Source: Candidatus Spongiisociaceae bacterium
Lineage (GTDB): Bacteria > Actinomycetota > Acidimicrobiia > Spongiisociales > Spongiisociaceae
Direction: 5' to 3'
NCBI GenBank assembly: GCA_965219685.1
Contig: CBDCOH010000002.1
Location: 1,696,001-1,760,000, forward strand
DNA length: 64,000 nt
Shown: in pieces, positions 27,201 to 36,664 of the stretch
Position numbering within the stretch: position 1 is the first letter of the stretch
How the letters are laid out: every line of letters begins with the position of its first letter
Notes under the pieces: generated by a model
Databases searched by the model: none
The model's input: the letters and a program-made list of their open reading frames with translations, nothing else
What the model was told of the DNA's origin: nothing
Program-made: the position numbers and the translations under genes

Positions 27201-28516
27201 GTCTCCTGAGCGACTACTCCCAGACCATAGGCGACCGTAGTGAACGGCTCCCGCTCCCGTACCTTCTCTGCCCCGAACAGTCCCTCCAGCAACTCCACGA
27301 AAGCACCGAGCCGAGATGACCCCCCGGTGCGCAACACCGTCGTCACCTGATCGGGCTCGATCTTGGCCATTGAGAGAGCTTTCATAATCTGCGACTTGAC
27401 CGTCTTAATGTAGGGAGCGAGCATCAGGTCTAGTTCGGCTCGACTCAGGTCGATGGACAGGTCGCCCTGGGGAGGGTGAAACTCAATCGACGATCTCTCT
27501 GCGCTTGACAGTGCGATCTTGGCATTCTCGATGGCCTTGTAGAACCGAGGAGCTTGGCCTCCGGTAACCACAGACCTAACAAGAGCCCCGGCTCGGCGAT
27601 CCAACCGTTCGAGAGCGTTGAGAACACTGAACGTGTTTGGGTTAGTCAGCAAGTACTTGAACCTTTCCAGACTGGAAAGGCCCGTACTGAACCAGGCAGG
27701 GATCGCGTCATGCCACAGCCCGAGCCGCGGCGCTACTTTCGACTCGAAGATTATCCGATCGAACATAGAACCGCCTACCGCGGCGCCTTCCATGCTCAAC
27801 ACTTCTCCTTCGCCTCCTGAGATAGAGGTCACGGCCAGATCAAAGGTCCCCCCTCCAAAGTCAACCGCCACCATGTACCCATCCTCAAACACTTCGTCCA
27901 GTGCTGCGGCAACCGGCTCCGGATAGAGTTCTACATCGACGAAACCTGCTCTCCGTGCAGCGCGCATGAGACGAGTCTCTGCTAGGTGCTGGCGTTCATC
28001 GAACTGATCACCCGTGGAGCCGAAAAAGGCGATCGGGTGTCCAATCACTGCTCGGGTGACATCCGATCCGGTTTGGCGATCGGCTTGAGTTTTCAGGTGG
28101 GCAAGGACGACAGCGACAAGATCCTCCATCTCGAAGTCCTTCGCCCAGGAGTGGGTACTCTTGAACGTGTCGTCTGCCAGCTCACTCTTGACGTCACTCA
28201 TCAAGCGCGAATCAACACAGCCGCCACTCCGCTCGTACTGGCGACAATCCGTCTCATACCCGAACTTTCTGGTATAGGTCACGAGCGAACACCGCCGACA
28301 TACTGTACTCCGGCTACCGGTGATCGTAAACTGATCGATGGCTTGTTTCCCGGCCAATCGTAGTCCATCCCGATGTACGTAAACAGTTGATGGCAGAGAC
28401 GCGGGTAGTGGCTGATCAAGGTCGAAGTTCAATACCTCAACCCGGTCCCTGTAGGCGATCGAGATGGAACTGTTGGTTGTCCCGTAGTCGATTCCGTAAG
28501 CGAGGTCGCTTGTCAA
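27191..28516 (-). CDS. Hsp70-family ATPase (YegD-like, no substrate-binding domain)
   Basis: GIDYGTTNS, EPVAAA, VDFGGGTFD, E.AKIALS, TGGSS; 441 aa. Confidence 0.9.
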   Translation of the reverse strand: MTSDLAYGIDYGTTNSSISIAYRDRVEVLNFDLDQPLPASLPSTVYVHRDGLRLAGKQAIDQFTITGSRSTVCRRCSLVTYTRKFGYETDCRQYERSGGCVDSRLMSDVKSELADDTFKSTHSWAKDFEMEDLVAVVLAHLKTQADRQTGSDVTRAVIGHPIAFFGSTGDQFDERQHLAETRLMRAARRAGFVDVELYPEPVAAALDEVFEDGYMVAVDFGGGTFDLAVTSISGGEGEVLSMEGAAVGGSMFDRIIFESKVAPRLGLWHDAIPAWFSTGLSSLERFKYLLTNPNTFSVLNALERLDRRAGALVRSVVTGGQAPRFYKAIENAKIALSSAERSSIEFHPPQGDLSIDLSRAELDLMLAPYIKTVKSQIMKALSMAKIEPDQVTTVLRTGGSSRLGAFVELLEGLFGAEKVREREPFTTVAYGLGVVAQETWL

Positions 28517-31500
28517 TCCCCCACCACCAACGCTACCGCAAGTACACGGACCGAAATATCAGATCTCGTTCCCTGCAACTCTAATATCTTGGCATCACGA
28601 TCATCATTGAGCCTCAAGAGCCGACCTTGATTCTTATTAAGCCTACCCCGGATAGCCGGTAATATGCGTTTCTCCTTAACGGATCCCGTGGCATTTAATC
28701 TGTCGATCCGAGCGATGTCGTCTTCGATCTTTTGACACAAGCGCCTTTCCCGATCCTTGTAGATACGTTCCGTACGATCAAGTTCCTCTTCATACCATTT
28801 TGTGTGGAGATACTCCACCTTCGATCTTGATCTATAGTGGCTATCCGCCAGCTTGAGCTTGCTGGCCTCTAGTGCACTCCCAGCCCAACCCGGCAGATCA
28901 CTGGGTCGTGAGGGTTCCCCGATCTCCGGCATCTTCGTAATCTTAGACTCTTCCACGTCTAGGTCCTCACCCACTAGGTGCCGAACGAACTGTCCGAACC
29001 GAACCGGCCCATCCGCTTCGATCGCGTAGAAGATCTCTATGTGAGGGCCGCCCCAAACACCGACGGCGCGCCGTTGGCATGCCACTGCGGGACGCGATCC
29101 CATCGGAAGATCCACAATCGAATCGATCAGACTCTGGCCGAGCGCAAAGAACTCCAAGTCTTCACGTACGAGCGCCTCTCGATAGTCAAACACACCACGA
29201 TACGAACTCTTCTTGACACCCAGCCACCTCTGCAGTTGCTGAGACAGGTAGATTCCGACTCCCCCATCAGAGTGTTCAGTAACTCTGCCTCCAAAGTATC
29301 GGAGCGCAGCCCCGACGTAACTCTGCAGTTCCGACGGACCGGCCATCGTCCGCCGCTCAACCAACCTATTGGCTTCGTCCTGGCGGAAGATAGCCGGATC
29401 GAGGGCTAAGTGTCTCTTCTCCTTCTCCAGTTCCCGTGCCTCTCGAACCCTCCGTTCAAGATCGGACTCGAGGTCCTTCAACCTTCGATGTGAATCTCCT
29501 CCTTCATCGAAGGCTAGCCGCTTGAGATCGTCTTCCAAGTCTCCTAGAATGGGATCGAGCGAACCTACGGATTCTTCGAACAGGCGTATTCGTGTGTTGA
29601 GCACATCCAAGATTCTCTCTTCGATAGTACCTTTACAGGCAAAATTGTAGATTTGTATATCCTGCTTTTGCCCTATTCTATCCAAGCGACCGATTCGTTG
29701 CTCAATCTTCATTGGATTCCAAGGGAGATCATAGTTGAACATGACATGGGCAAATTGAAAATTACGGCCTTCACCTCCCGCTTCGGTGGCGACCAAGATC
29801 TGAGATCTTTCCCGAAAGCGGATTACGGCTTGGTCCTTCCTTTCTTGACTCAGGCTGCCGTTAAAAACTTCCACACGAAAACCATGGAAGGTGAGCATTT
29901 TTTCCAAGAACGATTGTGTTTCAAGAAACTGTGTGAAGATTATGACCTTCTCACCAAGTAGCATGTCTCGATGGAGAGTACGGAGGAGTTGACTCGCCTT
30001 GGAGTCACGTACGTTACCCAATCGCTTGACAAGGTCACGTAACACGGATATCTCAGCTTCGATCTTTCCGACTTCAGTTGATGCGATCCGATGTTCAGAC
30101 CTCTCCATCGCGGAACTAAGTTCTCGCGGGTCGGACCACGGTTCAAACTGTTCATCGATCTCAGAATTGTCGATCGCTTCCCCACTTAACTTCTGTGTAA
30201 GCTTTGCCATTCTCCTCTGGAGAGCTGACCTAACCGCATTGGAACTGGAGGACAGCATCTTCAGGTAAGTCACCATCAAGAAGCCGATCGCCTTCTGTTT
30301 TTTGGCTTGGGCTAGATTGTACTGCTCACGGAGATAGCTGCTCACTTCCTCATATAGTTCCATTTCCTCAGGATCTAACTCAACCACAACGAGTTCTGGG
30401 TGTCGTTGGGTGAAACCTCCGACATCAGACTTTCTGTTCCTAATCAGCGTACGCGCGAACGGATGCTGCCGATCCAATGCCTCTAGCGCAGAGTCTCTCG
30501 CGTCCGTCGTGAGTAGGTCAAGATCATATGGACGAAAGAACCGTTTCAAAGATGCACGGCGATGTGTATCTAAGGCATCCCATTGCTGAATGTCCTTAGC
30601 GATCTCGGCGAGATGAGGAAGGGACTGTCTGTCTTTTTCGTACTCTTCGAACGATTCACAGAGCCCCGGCTCCACCAACTCAATCAGAGAGTAAAGTTCG
30701 TAAGGATGCAGCTGCATTGGGGTCGCTGTGAGGAGCAACATCCCATCGACACCCTCCTTCAATTCATCAGCGAGTTGGTATCCGAGGGTGGAAGTAACGC
30801 GCTTACCGTGGAGACTACGGCGAACTCGGTGGGCCTCGTCGAAGATCACGATGTCCCATCCCGCCTCCGCGATCTGCTCGGCGTGATCCTCCCGGCGAGC
30901 CAAGCTAAGGGAGCAGATGACATTTCCATGCGTTCGCCAAGGGTTGCCACCCCGCCTAGCCAAGGACTTCAACGCAGGCCCGTCAAGGACCTCAAAGTCC
31001 TCGTTGAACTTGGAGCGGAGTTCCTGTTGCCACTGCCACTGGAGGGAAGCGGGAACGATTATCAATACTCGATCTATAGCGCGACGGGCTCTTAACTCCT
31101 TTACTATCAAGCCAGCCTCGATAGTCTTTCCCAAACCCACTTCGTCAGCCAGAATCATTCGTGGACGACTTTTGGACAGCACTTGGAGAGCTACCATAAC
31201 TTGGTGAAAGGCTGGCTCTATCCGGGCATTGGATAGACCGGCCAGGGTGTCATAGCGGTAGGCGTGTTGCAGGTACAGAGCTTGGACTCGAAGTCCATAG
31301 AGTTCGGCAGAACTGAATTCACCGGTCAGCAACGCTTGTTCCGGCTCGGGTGGTAGGAGCTCGATCGCCGACTCGCCGAGATACTCAGCACCGGAGGAGA
31401 ACATTACTTGGTATCCAAGGTACTGGTGATGCGCTATGACCACGCCCGTCTCTCCCCCGGTTGGGCGCCTGACTCTGTCACCTGGTTGTAACGCCTTCAT
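28513..31500 (-). CDS. SNF2-family helicase (RapA/HepA/DrmD-like)
   Basis: LADEVGLGKTIEAG, QWQ.EL, DEAH, LLLTATP, TEAGGEGRNFQ, DLPWNP..IEQRIGRLDRIGQ; C-terminal coiled coil; start placed at ATG 31500. Confidence 0.9.
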   Translation of the reverse strand: MKALQPGDRVRRPTGGETGVVIAHHQYLGYQVMFSSGAEYLGESAIELLPPEPEQALLTGEFSSAELYGLRVQALYLQHAYRYDTLAGLSNARIEPAFHQVMVALQVLSKSRPRMILADEVGLGKTIEAGLIVKELRARRAIDRVLIIVPASLQWQWQQELRSKFNEDFEVLDGPALKSLARRGGNPWRTHGNVICSLSLARREDHAEQIAEAGWDIVIFDEAHRVRRSLHGKRVTSTLGYQLADELKEGVDGMLLLTATPMQLHPYELYSLIELVEPGLCESFEEYEKDRQSLPHLAEIAKDIQQWDALDTHRRASLKRFFRPYDLDLLTTDARDSALEALDRQHPFARTLIRNRKSDVGGFTQRHPELVVVELDPEEMELYEEVSSYLREQYNLAQAKKQKAIGFLMVTYLKMLSSSSNAVRSALQRRMAKLTQKLSGEAIDNSEIDEQFEPWSDPRELSSAMERSEHRIASTEVGKIEAEISVLRDLVKRLGNVRDSKASQLLRTLHRDMLLGEKVIIFTQFLETQSFLEKMLTFHGFRVEVFNGSLSQERKDQAVIRFRERSQILVATEAGGEGRNFQFAHVMFNYDLPWNPMKIEQRIGRLDRIGQKQDIQIYNFACKGTIEERILDVLNTRIRLFEESVGSLDPILGDLEDDLKRLAFDEGGDSHRRLKDLESDLERRVREARELEKEKRHLALDPAIFRQDEANRLVERRTMAGPSELQSYVGAALRYFGGRVTEHSDGGVGIYLSQQLQRWLGVKKSSYRGVFDYREALVREDLEFFALGQSLIDSIVDLPMGSRPAVACQRRAVGVWGGPHIEIFYAIEADGPVRFGQFVRHLVGEDLDVEESKITKMPEIGEPSRPSDLPGWAGSALEASKLKLADSHYRSRSKVEYLHTKWYEEELDRTERIYKDRERRLCQKIEDDIARIDRLNATGSVKEKRILPAIRGRLNKNQGRLLRLNDDRDAKILELQGTRSDISVRVLAVALVVGD

Positions 31501-31625
31501 CTCACCTCTATCCATAGGCCGAGTCCATTGGCCACTCTGTACGTCCATGGCCGCATGCGACCCAGGAAACCAATGCGCGGTGTGGTCCCTCATTCCACAC
31601 GTGATCCGCCCCTTGGCAACCCGGC

Positions 31626-33161
31626 TCAGGTCTCTTCGTCGGACACTCCGGCCATCCATAGACCCAGACGATGGACGGTTGCCTCCTCCTGGTCCAGGAT
31701 GCCCATGATCCGGCCCTCGAACATCACGGCTACCCGATCCGATAGGCCGATCACCTCGTCGAGGTCCTCCGAAATCAGCAGGATGGCGGTACCGCCGGCT
31801 CTCTGCTGCATCAGGACCGAGTGGATGTACTCGGCGGCGCCGATATCGACCCCGCGGGTGGGCTGGGCAGCGATCAGGACGTCGGGCTCGCCGGACAACT
31901 CGCGGGCTATGATGAGCTTCTGGATGTTCCCTCCGGACAGGTTGGCGGTGGGCGTGTCCAGCGAGGGGGTCTTGACGGTGAAACGATCGACGAGCCCGGA
32001 GCAGGCCGACTCGATCGCCTTGAAGTCCAGGAAGCCACGCCGACTCGTGGGCGGCAGGTCGTGGCTAGTCAGGATCATGTTCTCCGCGACGCTGAACTCT
32101 CCGATCGTGCCGTCCCGCATCCGCTCCTCGGGGATGTAGGAGACGCCCAGACGGCGGATCTGCTTGGGGGTCTTGTATGTGGTGCGGGCACCGTTCATCA
32201 CGACGTCGCCGGATGAGACCGGGCGGAGACCGGCGAGCGCCTCGGCCAACTCGCGCTGACCGTTGCCGGAAACGCCGGCGATCCCTACCACCTCGCCGCT
32301 CCGGACCTCCAGGTTGAATTCCGAGACGGCGGGCGTTCCGCGGTCGCCGAGCACTTCGAGATCGCTGATAGAGATCCGGGCCTGCCCTACCGCTGACTCA
32401 CCCCTCTCGGGCGCCAGCCTGACCTCCCGTCCCACCATCATGTGAGCCAGTTGCTCCCTGCTCGTCTCCGCAGGAACCGTCCGTCCGGTCACCCGACCGC
32501 CCCGCAGCACCGTTATCCGGTCGGACAGGCTCATCACCTCGTGCAGCTTGTGGGAGATGAACACCAGGCCCCGACCCCCGTCGGTCATCTGGCGCAGCGT
32601 CACGAACAGATCGTCCACCTCGGAGGGAGTCAGAACCGAGGTCGGCTCGTCGAGGATCAGGATCGACACGTCCCGGTAGATGGCCTTCATGATCTCGACG
32701 CGCTGCCGTTCGCCGACCGCCAGCTGCCAGATATACGCGTCCGGATCGACCTGCAGTCCGTAGGCCTCGGACAGATCCCGGATACGTCGACGAACTGGAT
32801 CGAGATCTTGCACGAGCCGCCTACCGGCCGGAAGCCCGAGCGCTACGTTCTCGGCCACGGTGAGGGTGGGGACCAGCATGAAGTGCTGGTGGATCATGCC
32901 GATCCCCTGCTCGATGGCATCCGAGGGGGAGTCGATCGTGACCGCCTCGCCCTGCAGCCTTATCCCGCCCTCGTCGGCGTGATACAGCCCGTACAGGATC
33001 TTCATCAGCGTGCTCTTGCCGGCCCCGTTCTCGCCCAGCAGCGTGTGCACCTCGCCGGGCCGGACGTCGAAGTTCACCCGGTCGTTGGCGACCACCCCGG
33101 GGAAACGCTTGGTAATCCCCTCCATCTCGAGGAGCGGGGTTCCGGGGGTGACTGCAGGCAT
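31626..33161 (-). CDS. ABC transporter ATP-binding protein (nucleoside type)
   Basis: GENGAGKST, LDEPT, LSGGNIQK, QPTRGVD. Confidence 0.93.
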   Translation of the reverse strand: MPAVTPGTPLLEMEGITKRFPGVVANDRVNFDVRPGEVHTLLGENGAGKSTLMKILYGLYHADEGGIRLQGEAVTIDSPSDAIEQGIGMIHQHFMLVPTLTVAENVALGLPAGRRLVQDLDPVRRRIRDLSEAYGLQVDPDAYIWQLAVGERQRVEIMKAIYRDVSILILDEPTSVLTPSEVDDLFVTLRQMTDGGRGLVFISHKLHEVMSLSDRITVLRGGRVTGRTVPAETSREQLAHMMVGREVRLAPERGESAVGQARISISDLEVLGDRGTPAVSEFNLEVRSGEVVGIAGVSGNGQRELAEALAGLRPVSSGDVVMNGARTTYKTPKQIRRLGVSYIPEERMRDGTIGEFSVAENMILTSHDLPPTSRRGFLDFKAIESACSGLVDRFTVKTPSLDTPTANLSGGNIQKLIIARELSGEPDVLIAAQPTRGVDIGAAEYIHSVLMQQRAGGTAILLISEDLDEVIGLSDRVAVMFEGRIMGILDQEEATVHRLGLWMAGVSDEET

Positions 33162-33165
33162 GGGC

Positions 33166-34098
33166 CTAGTGCCCCCTTTGGAACGGACGGGTGAGGGCTG
33201 ATGGCTGGCCGGTACGCCGCGAGACGAGCACCAGCACCAGGATGGTCAGCACCGCCGGGAACATGCCCACGATGCTGGCCGTCGTCCCCACCACGATGCC
33301 GAGGGTCTTCCACTGGAGAACCGTCGCCGACACGAGACCGAACACGAGCGAACCCGCCATCACCCCTGACGGACGCCAAGCTCCGAAGTACACAAGGGCG
33401 ATGGCGATGAAGCCGTGCCCGTTGGTCAGGTTCTGCTGGAAGATCCCCAATTCGAGGGCGAGCGCCGCGCCCGCCAGTCCGGCCAGGGCGTTACCCACGA
33501 AGATGGTCATGTAGCGGGTCCGGTTGACGCTGACACCCAGGCTGTCGGCTGCCTCGGGTGTCTCCCCCACCGCCCTCACATTCAATCCGAACGGGGTCTT
33601 GTTGATGACGAACCACATCGCCGGCACCAGGAGGAAGGCCACGTACACGAGCACGTTCTGGTGGAAGAGCACCTCCCCGACCCACGGCAGGTCTCCCAGG
33701 AGCGGTACCGCAAGGTCACCCAAGCCGTCGATAGGCGTTGGGGTCCCGACCTGTTTCTGGAAGAGGAGATCGCTCAGCCCCAGCCCGAAGATGAAGATTC
33801 CGATGCCGCTGATCCCCTGCTCGGCTTTGAGGGCCAGCGTCACGACCCCGTACACGATGCCCATCACCCCGCCGACGACCAGGCTGACCACGATGCCGAG
33901 CAGGACGCTGTCCGTCCGGAGAGTGGCGTAGTAGGCACCGTACGCCCCCAGGAGCATCACCCCCTCCACGCCCAGGTTGAGCACGCCGCTTCGCTGGCCG
34001 ATGGTCTCGCCCAGGCCGGCCAGCAGGAACGGCGTCGCCAGCCGGATTCCGGAGGCGACGGTGGCCAGCAGCACCGAGACGGTCAGGAAGTCGCTCAC
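33166..34098 (-). CDS. ABC transporter permease
   Basis: RSGVLNLGVEG, RAVGE.P.AA.SLG.SV, G.GFIAIALV.FG.W.P. Confidence 0.92.
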   Translation of the reverse strand: MSDFLTVSVLLATVASGIRLATPFLLAGLGETIGQRSGVLNLGVEGVMLLGAYGAYYATLRTDSVLLGIVVSLVVGGVMGIVYGVVTLALKAEQGISGIGIFIFGLGLSDLLFQKQVGTPTPIDGLGDLAVPLLGDLPWVGEVLFHQNVLVYVAFLLVPAMWFVINKTPFGLNVRAVGETPEAADSLGVSVNRTRYMTIFVGNALAGLAGAALALELGIFQQNLTNGHGFIAIALVYFGAWRPSGVMAGSLVFGLVSATVLQWKTLGIVVGTTASIVGMFPAVLTILVLVLVSRRTGQPSALTRPFQRGH

Positions 34099-35249
34099 GG
34101 GGGGCCTCGCAGGTCGGGTTCGCGGTCCGGAACGGTTCGATCGGCGCCCTCACCCTCGGACCTCATCTGTGAAGCAGCCCGCGCCAGCCGGGCGCGGGCC
34201 TCCATGCTTCCCACCACGAACACGACGACGAGACCGTTGAGAGCAAGTATCAGGGCGGCCGGTACCTGAACGGCCCGCTGCATGGCGTTGGCCCCCACCA
34301 GCAGGCTCCCGAACAGGAACGACGCCGGGATCGTCCACAGAGGATGCAGACCGCCGAAAAGGGCAGCCACGATGCCGTTGAATCCGGCCGCTCCGGTGAA
34401 GGTCGTGGCGCCGCCGTCGGTGGCGAGCCGGTGTCCCTCGCTCCCGAACACCAGGGTGACTCCCGCCATGCCGCACATGGCCCCGCTGTACACGAAGGCG
34501 AGGACGACGTTGCGTTTGACCGACATCCCCGCGTACCGGGAGGCGAACGGGTTGTGCCCGACCGCCCGGAGGCGGAGTCCCTGGGTGGTCCGGAACAGCA
34601 GGAAGTAGCAGACCACGGCCATCAGCACCGCGACGAGGACCCCGAGGTGGAGCCGCGTTCCGCCGGGCAGGATCGGCAGGTCGGCGTTGGTGCTCAACCG
34701 TTCCGTGTGGGGTATGCGAGAACCCTTCTCGATCTCGCCCGGGTCCATCAGCGGCCCCCGCAGCAGGAGGTTGAGTATCTGGACGGCGATGATGTTGAGC
34801 ATGATGGTGCTCAGGATCTCGTTCACGCGCGCGTAGGACTTCAGGACCCCCGCTATCCCTCCCCATACCGCTCCTCCCAGGGCTCCGATGACGAACGCAA
34901 GCGGTACCAGACCGAAGCGGGGCACATCCGGCAAGGCCAGCACGGCCAGCGTCGAGAGGATCGCTCCCGCGATGATCTGGCCCTCCCCGCCGATGTTGAT
35001 GACCCCTGCCCTGAAGGCGATGGTGATGCCGACCCCCACCAGCAGGAGAGGCATGGCCTTGAGGGCGCTGTTGGCCAGGTTCTTCGCCCCCCCGAATGCA
35101 CCGTCCACCAGCGCCGCGTAGCCGGTCAGGGGGTTCGCCCCCAGCACGACCAGCATGATCGCCCCGATCAGGGCTGCGGCCAGCACGGCGCCGATGAGCA
35201 CGCCAGGCCCGGCGAGCCGGGCCCCGATCTGCTTCCAATCGAGCGTCAG
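34095..35249 (-). CDS. ABC transporter permease (probable CTG start)
   Basis: NIGGEGQ, VNEILSTIMLN, GFNGIVAALFG; AGGAGG RBS precedes the in-frame CTG at 35249. Confidence 0.88.
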   Translation of the reverse strand: MTLDWKQIGARLAGPGVLIGAVLAAALIGAIMLVVLGANPLTGYAALVDGAFGGAKNLANSALKAMPLLLVGVGITIAFRAGVINIGGEGQIIAGAILSTLAVLALPDVPRFGLVPLAFVIGALGGAVWGGIAGVLKSYARVNEILSTIMLNIIAVQILNLLLRGPLMDPGEIEKGSRIPHTERLSTNADLPILPGGTRLHLGVLVAVLMAVVCYFLLFRTTQGLRLRAVGHNPFASRYAGMSVKRNVVLAFVYSGAMCGMAGVTLVFGSEGHRLATDGGATTFTGAAGFNGIVAALFGGLHPLWTIPASFLFGSLLVGANAMQRAVQVPAALILALNGLVVVFVVGSMEARARLARAASQMRSEGEGADRTVPDREPDLRGPP

Positions 35250-35370
35250 CGGAACCTCCTACCCACGTACCACAGACCGGTCGGCTCTCCCGGATGGAGT
35301 ACCGACCGGACTACCGGCGGCACCGGCCGTCACCGACCGCGGTCGACTCGGCCTGCGGCCATCCCGGCGA

Positions 35371-36378
35371 CTACTCGACCCCTGTCGAGATCGATCCGTC
35401 CTTGATACCGGCCTCGACGGCATCCGCCGCCTCCTGGATGTCGCCGGAGAGCGGCATCCCCGAGTTGTAGGCCATGGTCAGGCCGCCGTTGGCGAAGTCC
35501 GCCGTTATCACCCGCCCGCTGACCTCGTCGTTCAGGAGATCCTCGACGATCTGGGCGAGTTGGAAGTCCCAGCGGTAGATCTGCGAGGCGACCACGATGT
35601 CCTCACCCAGCGGCACCTGGTCGGTCTGCGAGCCGAACCAGAGAACGCCGTGCTCCCGGGCGACGCCGGTCGCCCCGACCACCATCTGGGAAACTCCGGT
35701 CATCACGTCGGCGCCGGCCTCGACATGGGCCTGGGCCGCTTCGGCCGCCAGCGCGACGTCGCTGAACGAGTCGATGTAGTTGACGTTGACCGTGATCGAA
35801 GGATCCACTGACTTGACACCGGCGACGAAGCCGTCGATGTAGAGCTTGATATCACCGACCTCGATCGGGCCTACCACACCGATGATGCTCGACTCGGTCA
35901 TGTGTGCTGCGATGGTCCCGTTGATGAATCCACCCTCATCGGACTGGACGCTGTACGAATACACGTTGGGGAGGCCGAAGGTGTCGCGGCTCGTGCCCCA
36001 CGCGAAGACGGTGTCCGGGAAGTCCGGAGCGATCTCCTCGAGGGAACCCCCGAACTGGGATCCGTGAGCCAGCACGATGTCGAACCCGTCCTCGGCGTAG
36101 CCTCGAATGGCCACTGCAGCGTCCTCTATCACGAACGTGCCGTCGGTGATGTCGACCTCTATGTTGTAGTTCTCGCCGAGCCGGTCCAGGGAATCGACCA
36201 TGCTCTGGGTGAAGGCCAGGTCGTTCGACGCGCTGGGCCCGACCATCGCGATCCTGATCGGGTCGTCGGCCGAGCGGCCGGTCTCCTCCTCTTCAGCACA
36301 AGCTGCCACCACCAGAGCGAAAAGCAGCACTGTGACCAACCACTTTCCGCTCGTTACCAACCTGATCACGTTCGACAT
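35371..36378 (-). CDS. BMP-family ABC substrate-binding lipoprotein
   Basis: Lipobox VAAC, D..F.QS, IA..FPD, GADV; GGAGGAAGGA RBS. Confidence 0.92.
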   Translation of the reverse strand: MSNVIRLVTSGKWLVTVLLFALVVAACAEEEETGRSADDPIRIAMVGPSASNDLAFTQSMVDSLDRLGENYNIEVDITDGTFVIEDAAVAIRGYAEDGFDIVLAHGSQFGGSLEEIAPDFPDTVFAWGTSRDTFGLPNVYSYSVQSDEGGFINGTIAAHMTESSIIGVVGPIEVGDIKLYIDGFVAGVKSVDPSITVNVNYIDSFSDVALAAEAAQAHVEAGADVMTGVSQMVVGATGVAREHGVLWFGSQTDQVPLGEDIVVASQIYRWDFQLAQIVEDLLNDEVSGRVITADFANGGLTMAYNSGMPLSGDIQEAADAVEAGIKDGSISTGVE

Positions 36379-36494
36379 GCCGGTCCTTCCTCCTCAGTCG
36401 ATCTCCCGGTGTGCCCCGAAAGGATAGGCGGTTGGAGGGCAGCGCGTTCGCTCGCTGGACCGACTCCTTCGAGAACCCCGATCCACACCGCCGG

Positions 36495-36664
36495 AGTCCG
36501 GACATGTCCACCCCCCGTTTAGGGGAATCTTCACCGGAATAGAAGATGGGGACCCGCGGCGAGAGACACAGATGCAAACGAGTAGCAGCAGCGTTGTGCA
36601 TCGTTGTGCACCGGAAGTTCAGGTGCGATCGCTCCCGCGCGGATGGCTTGGAAGTACTCGCCTA
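36495..36664 (-). mobile_element. MITE-like element, partial copy E (5' part)
   Basis: Minus strand TAGGCGAGTACTTCCAAGCCAT...CGGTGCACAACGATGCACAAC...CTGTGTCTC...GCGGGTCCCCATCTTC matches copy A; it starts at the ubiD-like TAG stop. Confidence 0.65.

Noticed and set aside
28513-31500. DISARM system
   Set aside because: Only a DrmD-like SNF2 is present; drmA, drmB, drmC and an adjacent methylase are missing.
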